Below, piece after piece: positions 10,776 through 24,315 of a DNA stretch of 64,000 nucleotides (the stretch's first letter is position 1; each line of letters opens with the position of its first letter). Source of the DNA: Camelus ferus (lineage: Eukaryota); assembly GCF_009834535.1 (NCBI RefSeq), contig NC_045697.1, forward strand, positions 104,906,001 through 104,970,000, read 5' to 3'. Under the pieces are notes generated by a model, which ran no database searches, was not told where the DNA came from, and saw nothing but the letters and a program-made list of their open reading frames with translations. The position numbers and the translations under genes are program-made.

Positions 10776-13700
10776 GTCCTCATGGAAGAGTTTCTAGTGG
10801 ATTGGAGCGATGGGACACGTGATTGTTATCTTTATGTTTATAGTGTCCGGCTACGTGGGGGAACTTTTAACTTCTTTTTAAAAGTAACCCAGCCTACACC
10901 CAAACAAAACAAAACTTCTGAAGAAAATAGCACGGTGTTCTTTTCCCTCCCTCAGTAACAGGTGGCTTAGCGTTGTTAAACCCTAGTTCTGATCTGAAGC
11001 CAGTCAACCAGGGTTTACTGAGTAATCACAGAGTGCCGGTAACCTTGCTCTGGGCCTTTGGGATACACATGAAAGTCTGGTTACCTATTATGCTTGATCC
11101 ATTCATGGTAGACAAAATACAGATATTGAAAGTGAGTGGAGTATACCAGGTACTGAAAAGTGCTACAGGTTTGCATGGATCGAGAGAATTGTTTTTTTCT
11201 TTCCCTCAAAGTTTAACAGCATAGTAAGATATTTAAACAAATAATGTTTATTTTTTAACATATATAGTACGCCTTAACAGTGAGATTTTAATTCTCTTGA
11301 GGCCAGAGAGTATTCTACTTTTTTTCTGTTTTTTGGTGAGAACCAGCTGAGTGATGCTATAACTTTTTTTTTAAATTGAAGTATAGTCGGTTACGATGGA
11401 TCGCTGAGTCCTTGCTCTTTACTAAGGACTGTGTTTAGGACCAGCCTTCTTTGGATTTAAAGGATTAGAAAAGTACATTTTGGCCTTTAGAGAGACCTCA
11501 GCAAAGACATGGAGACAGAATGTGACAGAAACAAGCCAAAAGAAAAAAAAAGGAAAGGAAAGGAAGCAGGAAGAAACAGAGTGAAAGGAAGGACTCGGGC
11601 ACTTGCATTTAACTGGCAAGAAACTGGGTAAGTACTAGAGGAGGGAAGGGCAGAGGAGCAGGCTTACAAAGGTAGATCTGGAAACTAGTATGGTACCCAG
11701 GCGGAGGATGGTCTGGTGCCGAGAAGACCCAGAGTTCTGTGTAGGTTGGAGCGTTCCACAGGGGAGGTGACTGATTCTGGACTGTCGGTTTGGCCATGGG
11801 GTCGGAGAGCATGGATACCTCCAAGTCATCCAGCAGATGAAGAAGTCACTCTCAGCAGTTGGTTGTACATGCAGGATCAGAGTTCTGCAAGGAATTTCAC
11901 CTTCAAGTTTTAGTTCAGGAAGCAAAGGATGTCAAGGAAGCTCAGAGGTCCCTGGCAGACCTGATGAAATGTATTAGGATCACTGGGGTGCTTCTTGAAA
12001 AGGCAGATTCCTGGGCTCAATCAGCTTTATTGAATCAAAATCATTGGTAGCTGGGCCTCTGCTGTAGACAGTGAGAGGCCCAATGGGAATAGTCAAGTGG
12101 AGAAAGGAATTTTCTCATCTTCTATTTTTTAGAGGATGCTTTCCTGGAAGGTAAAGTTTACGAGGGCCCTCGGTCCTGGGTCCGTGTAGCTTTGGGGATT
12201 ACGAGAGAGAGCATAAATGATGTAAGGTAGAATCTTTCTCCTAAAAAGTGAAGTAAAGAGGAGAAATCCAAAATGGCTCAAAGTGGCCAAGTCTCAGTGT
12301 ATCTGAAGCCACGCACCATATTTAGATGCTTTGCCGGTGAATTCAAGGCAAATTCAAAAGTATTGATGGGAGTTCTCGTTCACTCACCCTACCACCAGCC
12401 CCTCCTACCTACTCTTGTCTGCATGATGCCTAGTTCCTGGGGCCCTGTGGTAGTTTCCCCCTTTGCGGGAAAAGACCCCGTTATCCTCAAGCAGATTCAC
12501 ACAACCGCCCTTCCATGACTGTGCAGCTGCCTTGCTCCGTGGCATTCTCATGACGGCGCCTGCCGTTCCAGGTGCCTCTGGAAGCTGACAGTGGGCTCAG
12601 TCTTCCCCTTTGGCCCTCCCGGGCCTCTGAAATACCACGGACTCAAGGCTTCCCTGAGGACCCGGCACGTGGGCCGCCTTCCAGGGGGCGAGGGGATGTT
12701 GTCTAGGTGCACGTGTCCGGGGCGTCAGAAGTGAGGAGTTTCGGCAGGGGAGAGATTGGGTGTTGAAGTGAAGATGTTTGCATGTGCCGCATCTGGGACC
12801 TGACAGCCATGGGCGGGGTTGGAGGAGTGGCTGGCGGGGCGTGTGTGTTGGGGGGCACTTGGATTACTCTAGAAGGTCTACCTTTTTCTGGGTTCATAAG
12901 GAGTTGTCAGGTTTAAGCTCCAAAGTTTGGTAACCCTTTCTTAACCTTTCAAACTCTTAGTTTCTAAACGATTGCAAGTGGGAAGTTCGTTCACATCTAC
13001 TGCCATCCATGTTTGTGAAGGTAAAAGAGCTAATTTTTGTAGCCGGTAGATTTTACTGCTCATTAAATGTATTTCTTTGTTTCCTCTTTCCATCCTTACC
13101 CTGAATTGTTTTAATTCTGAGATACCCATGTTCTTAACCTGACAGTTATATTGCCTGGTGTTGTTCATTATACCTCACATATTTATTTTGTTTATGGAAC
13201 TTTACTTTTTCCTTGAAATAGAGAAAATATCTTATTTATCCTTTACTTGCCTCTTCTCATTTCTAAGTATAGTACATTGCACACATAGCCCTCAGTACGC
13301 AATTGATTTGTGCTTGAGTGCTCGAGGATTTGACTCAAATGCCACATTGTCAATATTATGTATTCCAATAATGTATAAAATTATTGGAAGAATTTATTCT
13401 TCTCTAGGTGGTTGGAATTATTACTTTAAAATAACATGTAGGATTGGTTTTCACTCCTTTATGAATTTGTTTGCATCTTTCTGAATTATGGGTAATATTT
13501 TAGACATAGATAGAAAGGTACATCATGTTACATGTGAAAAAAAATCTTACGGTTGAAGAGCTTGGAGAATGATTTCCTTAAGTAACTCAAAGAACAGCCT
13601 CCCATGCCCAGTAGATTGTCTTTTTTGGGAACTGGTGACTCCAAGTATTTCAGGTGCATTGTAAACTATGCAAAAACAAAGTAAGACTCTCTTTGCTTAA

Positions 13701-14659
13701 AAAACTTCTTTTAGTTGCTATTTTTAAAATAGTTGCCATGATTTAAAACTAAATATGTATGTCACTTTTGTTTATAAAGTTTCTCTTAAAAAAAATCTTC
13801 CATATGTGGGTAATTTGAATATTCACTTTAATTTCTAGAGCGTGGCATTCAAACGTCGGTCTAGGCAAGCTGTCAGTTATCAAATTCAGTTTTGTAACGA
13901 GCTGTGAATTCATGGGGTGGAGAAGTAGGAAGCCGCCTCTAAGATGTGACAGTCTTTGAATTGTCGCATGTGGAAGTGCATTTCTCTTTCTCTGAGAAGC
14001 GAAGTTTCAGGTTTTCGGAAAAGCATTCTGAGGTTGGCTGCAGGATTTTTCTGCTTCCAGAGCACTTCTGGAGTTGCATGGGGGTTCAGGAAGGCCCTGG
14101 TAGGTGATGGTGATGTCTGGTTTCAGTATTAATCTTTGTGGGAGGGAAGATGCCTAAAGTGAACTTGCAACATATTTTACCATGATTGCGCGTTAATCTT
14201 GAAGTGCCAGGGGCAAATTACGTGCAAAACGAAGAAAATAAAGAACAGCTGTCCCCGAAAAATTTACAGCAAGTGAACTAGAGTTACTCGCTCACTGTCT
14301 CTTTTTTAATCAGAATGGGTGTGAGATGAGTGTGGGTGGATACAGAGGACTGTCTTATGTGGGAGGGAGCTCAGGATGCTTGTGGTGTCTGCAGAAATGC
14401 AAATACTGAGCTGAAATGCTAACTCCAGGCGAGCTGGGGCTGGTCATTCATTTTCTCAATTAGTAATCTTATTTGTTTTAAGAACAATAAGCTCCCAAAG
14501 TTTTTAGCTTCCAAATGAATGGCTGAGTAAAGTTAATTCAGAACAAATGGTTAAACTCTCTTGCTACTAGTAGGCAGGTGAGGTTTTGTGTGTTGGTTCA
14601 CGTTTGGATGAGGTGCATGGACATCTTCTTGTAAGGCTCTTTAGGGCGCTCTTAGCTTG

Positions 14660-14870
14660 GTGCTGGAGAACAGGAACCCCAAATCAGCCCTGATTAGAAT
14701 CTCTCCACTTACTAGCTCTGCAGCCGTGCAAGTTAGGTAGATAACCTGTCTTGATTTTATCCTGTGTAATACGGGAGAACTGTAGTGACTTTTATGTAGG
14801 ATGGTTGTGAGAATGAAAAGAGGATACTTGGGACATTGCCGTCTGCCAAGTGCTCAGTGTGAGTTGCTTA
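14660..14870 (+). mobile_element. MIR SINE
   Basis: ccacttactagctctgcag...ttatcctgtgtaatacggga...aggatggttgtgagaatgaaa MIR core. Confidence 0.65.
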
Positions 14871-15646
14871 TTTAGAAGTAACTCTGAATTCAGGCCGATC
14901 ATAATTAAACAGTCCCATTATTGATTTGAGGCTTTGGGAGCACCAAGGAACTTTGCTTTTGAAAAATAGTAATTTACATAGGGCAATAAATCATCTGAGT
15001 TCACTTTATCAGAGCAATTTTATGTAGCGCTTGTGACAAGCAGCAAAATTTACTGGCTTGACTTTCAACCTTCCTTCCCTCAGTGTCTTGTGGACACTTG
15101 AGCAGTTATACGGCCAGAGTGCAATGAGAAAACCAGAGAGGATTTGGAAGAAGCCAATGGCTTTAGATTATCTCAGTCTTAAAAAACAAAAAACAAAAAA
15201 CAAACCAAAAAAACAACCACAGTAAGGAGGAGATTTTCCAAGGCTGCCTAACACTGATTTGATGCTTTGAGGTGGAGAGGAGGCAGGTGGCAGCGGCGAG
15301 GCACCGTTAGACCTCTGCCAGCGTGCCCGTCATAGAGGAGGGCTGAAAGGGAATCTCGCAAAGAGCAATGGCCAACTTTTGCCTTGAGTTTGAGTCTCTT
15401 TAATATAAGCAAAATTTTATAACTACTTAAACTTGAACCACACAAGTGATGAGTTTGAGAGTAAAATGGTGCCTCTGACTTCGCTGCCCATCCACTCCAG
15501 CTTACCTTAATCCTCACTTGTTCCCGGGTGTGCACGTGTTAGATGGATCTTACTCAACACTTTTTTGGTGTTTCTTAAAGGGAAAATTTTGGGGGGAAAT
15601 GGTAGAGGGATGGTTCCTCCTCTTAAATATTAACTTTAGTCTCAAG

Positions 15647-16020
15647 ATAGTGAAGGCTCTGAGATTCTGTGTTACTTTTGTATAAACAAGTTGCCCTGCA
15701 TAGTTTCATGGGTGCTGGTAGAAGACACAAGTCTTCTGGATCAGAGATGAAGGACAATTTATTACTCTCAGTAGCCAGAGTATCACATTTTGTGTTGGTG
15801 CTCTGAGCCCTGGTTCCCAAGGGCACTTGCAAAGATGGTCGGTCAGATGATATCTGCATACGCAATGGGTTGTGGTATACGGGAATAATTCTGAATGTAG
15901 GAAACTCAGCTCTCTTGGAATGACTGGCAGGCATGCCTACCATTTGTGCTAGATGGACACTATTTTCCAAGGCTGCAAGCAAACCTGTTCTTTGCTCTGG
16001 AGGGAGGTGCTGGAACAGAT
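15647..16020 (-). mobile_element. ERVL-class LTR fragment (MER54/LTR53/MER88-like, family uncertain)
   Basis: agtttcatgggtgctggtagaagacacaagtcttctggatcagagatgaaggacaattttattactc, with AATAAA on the minus strand. Confidence 0.55.
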
Positions 16021-16039
16021 GGTATTCACCCACCCTGGG

Positions 16040-16700
16040 GGGTTGCTGGCAGAGGTGAGTGGGTGGATGTGATGTGAGAAGGTGCTCTGTGAGCAGATGA
16101 GGCCCGAGTGTGGCCGATCGCAGGTGCTGTGCTGTGTATTTGCCTCAGTGCTGTAGGCAGTGGTGAGACATTGACAGATGGGAGCAGGGGTGTTTTCAGA
16201 CCTTTGACAGGAAGTAGAGCTGATGGGGTGGGGGCGGGGCACAGAAGGAGAGATGACTGGTTGGATTTTAGAAATAATCTAGAAAAAAGATGATGAGGCT
16301 TAAACTAGGGCATTGGCAATGAAAGAAAGGATGAATAGGAAGAGAGACTTGGCAGAAAAATAGAATCTGATGGATGTTGGATGTAAAAGGCAGTGAAAGG
16401 GAAAAGTAAAAACCTGACCCTAAGCTTTCCAGCCACGATCGATGAAGATATCTTTAGCCAAGACAGGGAATGCAAGAGGAGCAGTAGGGTTGGGAAGAAT
16501 AGAGATGGGTTTTCGATCTATCTTGAATTCAAGGTACCTGTGACATTTCTGTCAGAAAGGGAAGGAAGCAGCCAGAGAGATGATGGGCCTCATTTTCAGA
16601 GAGTGAAATTTGGAGTGTAAAGGAATCCAGTGGGAGATTCCAGGGAGGAGGATGTGGACAGTATCAAATGCCCTGGATGGTTCAGGCAGGAAGAAGACCA
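16040..16700 (-). mobile_element. L2 LINE relic
   Basis: Purine-rich degenerate L2 pattern (gatgatgaggcttaaactagggcattggcaatg; ttgaattcaaggtacctgtgacatt; gacagtatcaaatgc). Confidence 0.55.
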
Positions 16701-18639
16701 AGAAACCACCCCTGGGAAGGCAGGAAGTCAAGAAACGAGAGAAGAACGAAGTTGTATGGGTTGTCCCTTGTTGAAGAACAAGGTTGTACAAGTTGTCCTT
16801 TGCACGTGTTGTTCTCACAAGAACCCTGTGACGCACTGGTATTTCTCCACTTTACACATGCAGCTGACCTGAAGAGTCATCCGCTGACCCGAGTGAGTCT
16901 CAGGGCTGGAGAGAAGCAGGCTCCAGCTCAAATCCAAGACTGGCTCTTCTCCTGTCCTTAACCATAGTGAGCACAAGGAGTTGGGGACTTTCAAGGCTGA
17001 CCTGAAGATGTTGGAGGTGGATGAACAAATAAAGAGGAGACAAATTTTTAAAGAACAGAGGAGTTTTGAAACTCCAGGTGATAGGAAAGGAAAGTGGGGA
17101 GGGAAGATTTGAGCATCGTTCTCTGAAGTGCCCCCCTAGATTTGGGATGAAGCCTTTCTGAAGTTACACCTGCCTTCCCTGCCTTCTCTCCACAGCAACC
17201 CCATCATGGACCTCGGAGGGTGTCCCATCAACCCAAGAAAGATTTGTCCACTTTTCTGAAAAATCTCTGCAATGCCTTGGAAAGCCTCTTAGTGTCAGTG
17301 TGGAAGCTGCATCTGACAATGTTTAAATCCTAATAAATAGCATTTTAGGTTTTCCGAGGGTTTCCTGTACTCCAGGTCACCCACCCCCTCCACCACTCCG
17401 TAGGTAGTTGAACGGACTTAGCTTCTTTACTAGGCTCAGGTGCATATGAGGAGACACGTAGAAAGTGGCAGGGCTGGAATTCCAATCCTGGTCTCCAGCT
17501 CTTAAGCAAGCATCATCTTGTGGCAGAAGAAGTCAAGTGAGGGGAAGAGTTGGTTGACAGTGCAACTTAGTGGTGATCGGGGAGCTGAGTTCCGCCTCAA
17601 GGCCCAGAGGCTGTGAGATGTTTCTTACCCCAGCGTTCAGCCTATGAGGAAGGACTGGAGGGCACATTGAAGGAGTCGCAGCTAGATGTGTGAGATCCTG
17701 GCACAGCTAGACACTCGACCTCTGGGAAGAGAGTGGGACTCTGAGCGGTCCTGAAGAGAGGGGACACTCCCTGTTACCCTGGAGCTGCCTCCTCTAGGCA
17801 TCCTGCCCGCGGGCTTGGGCGGTTGTACCAGGAATAGCAACAAGTCTAGGGGTTGTCTGGTCTGAACAAAAACACTTTCTCTTGTGCTGGCTAGACACTG
17901 GAGCCGAGGCCAGCCACACAGAGTGCTAGGAGCATTCTGCAGTCCATTCTGACCCGAATACAAAGGTAGCCCTTGATAAACCAAACACCCTTTGGGTTTG
18001 AGAGTTGGATTCGAGAGGATGAGACTTTGAGTCAGGGCTAGAGGTGTGTCCGAAGAGTCCTGAAATTGGCAGTCCGTCCGAAGATCCTGGCTTGGACCTG
18101 AAGTACTTTTTTTTTTAATTAAATATTTGTCACTTCTGCTGGGATAGGAGACAGGGGCGGAAGTGCACGGGACGGCCAGCCCCAGGGGTGCCGAGCTGGC
18201 GGATTCCTGAGCTCAGTCTTGGGTCGGTGTGAGTATGAAATGAACATGGGAATGAGGTCATGAGCCCTCTCCTTGGAGTGCCTGCTGCCAGGGAGGCTCC
18301 TGCTCACAGCACAGAAGTGGATTTACATGAGGAGACTTCATAGGAAGGGAACGCTGCTCGGTTCCTGGCAGATCGGCACTGTCTGCAGCGCTTTCTTACC
18401 TGCCACCAAATAATTAGCATCCAGGGGGAGAAATTCCAAATGTTATTGGAGATCAGGAATTTTGTATTTTCCATGAGTCATGCATATTTGATAAACTTGG
18501 ACTCTCTTCCCAACATATGCTTTATTTTATGGAAGAGGGCTGTAGGCTACAGGCCTTGGTTAGGGTGACTTTTATATGTATTATGCCAAGCTATTTTGGT
18601 CTTAATTTTGAATATTATGCTACAATTAGAAAGGTTTTC

Positions 18640-18805
18640 TTGAGTGCTTGTCACGTGAGGCTCATGCGTATGCTTTATAAGCATTATCTCCTTTAATTTT
18701 CACAACAACCTCATTCCATCATTAACCTCATTTTTCAGAGAAAGGTGAAACAGAGAAATAAAGTGATATGCCAGGTCATACAACTGGGAGGTGGGAGAGT
18801 TGGAA
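18640..18805 (-). mobile_element. MIR SINE
   Basis: tgagtgcttgtcacg...gcattatctcctttaattttcacaacaacc...cattttt cagag...cccaggtcatacaact. Confidence 0.7.
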
Positions 18806-21800
18806 GTTTCCAAGATATCAGTAACCTTAATTTGTAATAATTCATATCTTACAACTGTAACAAATTTGTGTTTCTAGGATATGCTTTTTTTTTAAATGAG
18901 GGGACCAAGATCTTGAGAGGTTAAAATGTTACTCCGTATCATTTTCAGCTTTGAGCTTCTCATTTTCATACAGGTATAGTTAATCTTCTAACTGTCCCAG
19001 TGCTTAGAACTTGTCTCTTACCCTGCTTTTTGCAATATTTAATACATTGTAAGTATTAAAAATAATGCATTCTTCTAAGGTTTTAGAATTCTGCAATTTT
19101 ATACATGCAATTTCTTCAATTTATGATGTTGAATGGTATGTCCTTTTGATGGAAGAGTGACTCGTTCTTGGTTCTGTGTGCTTGTATTTAAAACTAATAG
19201 AAACATGTTTTTGACAGGACCTTAAAATATTATGCATCGCCCTGTATCTTGGACGGGTATCACTGTGTATGAACCTATTTATTTTTATGTAACTCAATGT
19301 AGTGGTTAGCCTGGAAAGCATTTCCTGTACTTACACAGACACTGAAACATCATGCTTATTGAGGTTTAGTTATAAATATACGTAAGGGACATACTATCAA
19401 GTTTTTATAATTCACCTATGAACTGAAACAATATTCATGAGCCTCTTCATTGCTTTGAGTAACCTTTGTAGCATATCATCCTTAAGCCTCATCACCAGGT
19501 ACTCCTTCACAAATTTTTCCTAATCATTTCACCTGTTACGTGTTTCCTTTTCATTTGCAAGAATCTTTCAAGATTAGCAAGTATTTATAATTATATATGA
19601 TACAATTATAAAACATTTACAATTATTTTACGTACACATACATGCATGAAAGTTTATGTTCGCTCATTTCATAGCCCACAGGGGAATCTGTCTTCGCAGT
19701 GCTGGTGCGATATGTAAACCTCTATTTGTATTCATGCATGTTCATAATGACACGTTGCACACTTGATGTCACTCCTGTGAATGCCTACAGGAACGTTAAT
19801 GACCTTTCACCCCTGTTGTCAACACATACAAATGTGAATGAACATTGCACTCTATCTGTAAATACTGATCAGGGACCTCTGTTTGTGCCAAGCACTCTGC
19901 TGTTTACTAGATGAAAACTGGATGTGTGTAGTTTATAGACCCACAAAATTTGATCATCGACTTCTGTAGAATCATACACCTGGAAAATTCTTTTTACTTG
20001 TGCCTGTTACCATCAAAAGTATTGACGTTTTCTAGTTACAAATAATCTTTTCTGTCTCTTTATTTTCTTTCCGTATCTCTTTACTAAGCAGCCATCAACT
20101 TATCAATCATTTTTTCAGTTTATTGATATATTCAGCCTTATTTATTAAATGTATATCATGTGCTTTCAGGCACAGAGTCTGCTTCTGAAACCAAAAGTTT
20201 CTTTTTCTGAAGTAAAGACTTTATGGCTGGGTTGGCCTCGAGTTGCTCTCTCTTTTCATTTTAACTCTTCTTAATTTTACCCTCTGTCTTCCCTGGATTC
20301 CACATTAGTGTCTGGGATATAGTAAGTACTCAGTACTTTTTATGATGTTAACAGGAACTGAAATGTGTTATAATTCCTAGGCTGTTACCTTCTCGTTTCC
20401 TCCCTACTTCTCCTGCCTTTCATTGTCTGTTCCTCTTCTCCCTGTTTACGTTTCCTGTGTGCAGCTTTACTACCTGTCTTCTCTCTTCTGCTTCCTTGAC
20501 TCTGAGAGCCACTTTGTGTTCTTCTTGCTCACCACATTCACTTGTCAGTTTAGCCTCCCCAGCCTTTGCCTCCCCCTCTGCTGTTTAACAGACTCTACCA
20601 GCCCTTTAAAACGTTTTTTCCTTTTGCATGTCGTTCTTTTCTTGTCACAGAGCATCTCATTTTCTCCTCGGATTCTCCAGCCCACCTGCCGGGGCCTCTG
20701 GGTATTCACCAGTGGTCCACGCGGGCGTTTCCCAGGATGGAGCGGACAATGGCTCTGGCAGCATCATCTGGGTTCCGAGAGGGAAACAGTGAGACAGATA
20801 TGATGATGCAACCTGACTCATTGCTCCTTTCTGACCCTCTCCTCAAGGAAGACGTGGGTGGTGCTCTGTGACAGCACTGTGTGAAACTGGGGGAGACGGG
20901 TGGTGGTGAGAAGGAAGACACATTTGATTTCACTGGAGCCACTTTGCCCAGGGTTGGCTGTCGTCAGCTGCTCATCACTGAGTGGAAAGCCCTTGCCTTT
21001 CTTTTTGTACTGACCAGAACCCATTTGATTTGTTAAAAAGGAGAAAAACTTGGGCATATAAACACTTTGACCAGATTATAGGTTTTTGTTAAAAATTAGA
21101 AAATATTATAATAATGATATCTGTCAGTGAGCTTTGATATGCTGGAAAAGTTTTAATACCTTGGATATTTAATTCTGTAAGTTTTTAGTTCCTAAGTGGA
21201 ATGTCTGTTTTGGCCCAAGTCCAATCTATATCTGTAGTCCTAAAGTTACTTCAAGTCGAATCATCTAGGTTTACCATTCTATGCAAGGCACTGTGAAAGG
21301 TATTAGTAACAAACAATTTCTCCTCCCCCTGCACCTCACCCCTAAAACCAAGGTTAACCTAGTATCTCTCTGGATAATATCTCAGTATTTTGGGAGAGAA
21401 GGAAGAACGCTGGTCCCCAATTCTCTATCTGAAAATTCTGAGGTGGGTGTGTTTGAGAGACTGTAATATGGGACATATGCTATAGAGCACAGAGCAGCTC
21501 TAGATAAGTTTGGGGTGGAAATTACTTTGAACATGGTGAAATAAGAATATTGACACTGAGTGGGGAAAAATACAGACCTAAATAACCAGACGTCCGGTCA
21601 AGCATTCAGATTTTTGATTTTAGGGGTTGTGAATGGTGGGCTTGTTTTAAAAAATGTCATCAGGTGTTAAAAGGAGTGAAAAGTCATGTTCCAAAAAAAG
21701 GAGCATCACCGTGGGGCGGTGTCGGACAAGGTGGCATGTTTTTTCTTTTTTCTGGTTTTGAAGGTCTGGCTGGGACTTGATTTTGCTGACTGTTGAATCT

Positions 21801-22423
21801 TGGGCACCTGGAATAGCACCTGTCACGTATTTGATGAGTAAATATTTGGCAGATGAGTAATCAGTGGAGCAAAGGGGAAGGACCTTCCTGTCAGAGGAGA
21901 CTTGTGCCTGAGGAGGCAATGAGTTTGGCCATTTGTGGGTGACAGTCAGGTGTCTGCTCTGATTTACAGCGAATACTCTGCAGTGAATGCAGGAAGGTGA
22001 GCTGGGGCCTATTCTGGAGGGTTATGTGTTTATGTCTTCCTTACGAGCTCATTCAGCTGAGGACTTTGGACTTGATTGGATGACTTACTCTTCAGTGGCG
22101 TGGAGGAGACCTGAGAGCATCAGAGTGGCTCAAAAAATAAAAAGATGGAGAAAATGATGATGGTGTTCAGAATGGATTATGGTTGTGTGTGTGCGCACGG
22201 GCCCTAATAAATGTGTGTGCATAAAGTTCAAGGCTGTGTTGAAGAAGCAGAGATTGATCTGAAGTGTGAAGAAAAGGTAGATGTTGATCTGTGGAGTTTG
22301 GAAAGTGACAGGGAGGAATCAAATAAAATTTCAAAATTCTGATACTTGGTGATAAGAAATAGTGATCCCTCTTTGGCTGAAAGAGGGAAATTGGGAAGGG
22401 AAGGTAGAGAAGATAAGCCTTGA

Positions 22424-23099
22424 CAGTAAGGTGACTCCTCAAAAAAACTAAAAACAGACTTACCATATCATCCAGCAATTCCACTCCTGGGCGAATATCT
22501 GGAGGCAACTGTAATTCAAAAAGATACATGCACTCCAGTGTTCAGAGCAGCACTATTTACAGTAGCCAAGACATGGAAACAACCTAAATGTCCATCAACA
22601 GATGACTGGATAAAGAAGCTGTGGTATATTTATACAATGGGATACTACTCAGCCATAAAAATGAAGAAAATAGTGCCATTTGCAGCAACATGGATGGACC
22701 TGGAGAATGTCATTCTAATTGAAGTAAGCCAGAAAGAAAAAGAAAAATACTACATGATATCACTCATATGTGGAATTAAAAAAAAAAAAAGACAAATGAA
22801 TTTATTTACAAAACAGAAGCACTCACAGACATAAAAACAAACTTATGGTTATTGGGGGCAGGGGGGTGGAGGGATAAATTAGGAGTCTGAGATTTGCAGA
22901 TACTAACTACTATATATAAAATAGATAACAAGTTTTGTCTGTATAGCACTGGAAACTATATTCAGTATCTTGTAGTAATCTATATTGAAAAAATGTGAAA
23001 AGGAATGTATGTATGTTCACATATGACTGAAACATTATGCTGTACCCCAGAAATTGACACAACATTGTAAACTGACTATGCTACAATAAAAAAAAAAAA
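22424..23099 (+). mobile_element. Younger 5'-truncated L1 (ORF2 C-terminus, 3' UTR, poly-A), sense to the gene
   Basis: ORF 22538..22834 (FTVAKTWKQPKCPSTDDWIKKLWYIYTMGYYSAIK...) is the L1 ORF2 C-terminus. AATAAA at 23085-23090 plus A tail. Probable TSD agataagccttga (22411-22423) / agatacgctttga (23100-23112). Confidence 0.95.
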
Positions 23100-23270
23100 A
23101 GATACGCTTTGAAATCCTATGACTTGACATATTGATTGGTTTATATTCTTCAAATGTATTTGTATGATGTCTTTTATATGATATGTGTGTTCTTAGATAT
23201 AAAGTATGTTCTGATTTTCTTAGTCTAGAGCTTCAAAGGACAGTGCAACAACCAAAAACCCTACATGACT

Positions 23271-23390
23271 CAAGTGGAGGAGGGTGTAGCTCAGTGGTAG
23301 GGCACATGCTTAACATGCACGAGGTCCTCAGTTCAGTCCCCAGTACCTCCATTAAGACGAATAAACAAAAAAACCTCACAGATTAAAACA
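23271..23390 (+). mobile_element. tRNA-Ala-derived SINE (Vic-1-like), sense to the gene
   Basis: gagggtgtagctcagtggtagggcacatgcttaacatgcacgaggtcc...cccagtacctcc plus A-rich tail; TSD core cctacatgact (23260-23270 / 23397-23407). Confidence 0.9.
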
Positions 23391-24041
23391 AAAGATCCTA
23401 CATGACTGTTACATGTTTACGTGCTGTTTCCAAGCTGCTTTTGTATGAGGTTTATTTAAATTTCATTTTACTGAAGTAAAAACTGTGTTGTGTAGCATGA
23501 GTTCCCCCTCGCACCTTTCATGATGCCTTAGCAATTAACTTTCCTTCTCTCAGGTTATGAATTTGAACTTGATCAATTAGTTGATAGTAATTACCAGCAC
23601 AGAGTGATGATTATTGCCGAAATAACATCCTCGCTTCATTTCTCTACGTCTGTCGGGCACTTCTCACAGAGGCACGTTTGTTTGCAGAAGATGACTTGCT
23701 CTTTTGGCTCCTGGCATGGAGGCCAAGCTATTTTAGGTTTCTTCAATAGAGGAGCATTGAAAAAAAATCCTCTGGTATTTCAGACTCTCTGGACATGGCC
23801 GTCTAGCCTGTAGGAGGAGGAAGGAGTGAGGTCTGGTCTCTTCTCCTGTAGCAGCTCACCCTGTTGACTTCTGTGTTTCTTGGTAGTTTCTCTTTCCCAA
23901 CTCCTGGCAGGGCTGACCTGCATTTTCCTCCTCTTTTGGAGTCTGTGAGCGTTTCCCATCGTGAAGGTGCCTGGAGTCCCGTGGAGGCTGCGGGGCCAGC
24001 CTTTGCACGTGGGTTCTTTGTGCTCTGTGGAGATAAGGGCA

Positions 24042-24315
24042 TGTCTGTTTGCTGCGGCTGCCGTGCTCAAGTACCCCAGACTGGAGGGCTTACACAGCAG
24101 AAAGTGATTTCCTCACATCTCTCGGGGCTAGAGGTCCGAGACGGGGTGTCGCCTGGGTTGGTTCCCTCTGAGGGTCCTGCTCCTTGGCTTGTAGACGGCC
24201 ACCTTCTCCCAGTGTTTTCACGAAACCTTCCCTCTGTGTCTGTATCCTCATCTCTTCTTGTGAGGATGCCAGTCGTATTGGATTAGGGTCCACCCTCATG
24301 ACCTCCATCAAGATT
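24042..24315 (-). mobile_element. MaLR LTR (MLT1A/B/C-like)
   Basis: ggctgccgtg..caagtaccccagactgg..gcttacacagcagaaa...ccagtcgtattggattagggtccaccctcatgacctc. Confidence 0.8.

Noticed and set aside
20800..20835. C/D-box snoRNA (ATGATGA ... CTGA)
   Set aside because: Boxes are only about 30 nt apart or fewer, with no terminal stem and no evident rRNA guide.
22538..22834. 98-aa ORF as an independent gene
   Set aside because: It is the C-terminus of L1 ORF2 in a 5'-truncated copy, with no promoter, endonuclease or RT domain.
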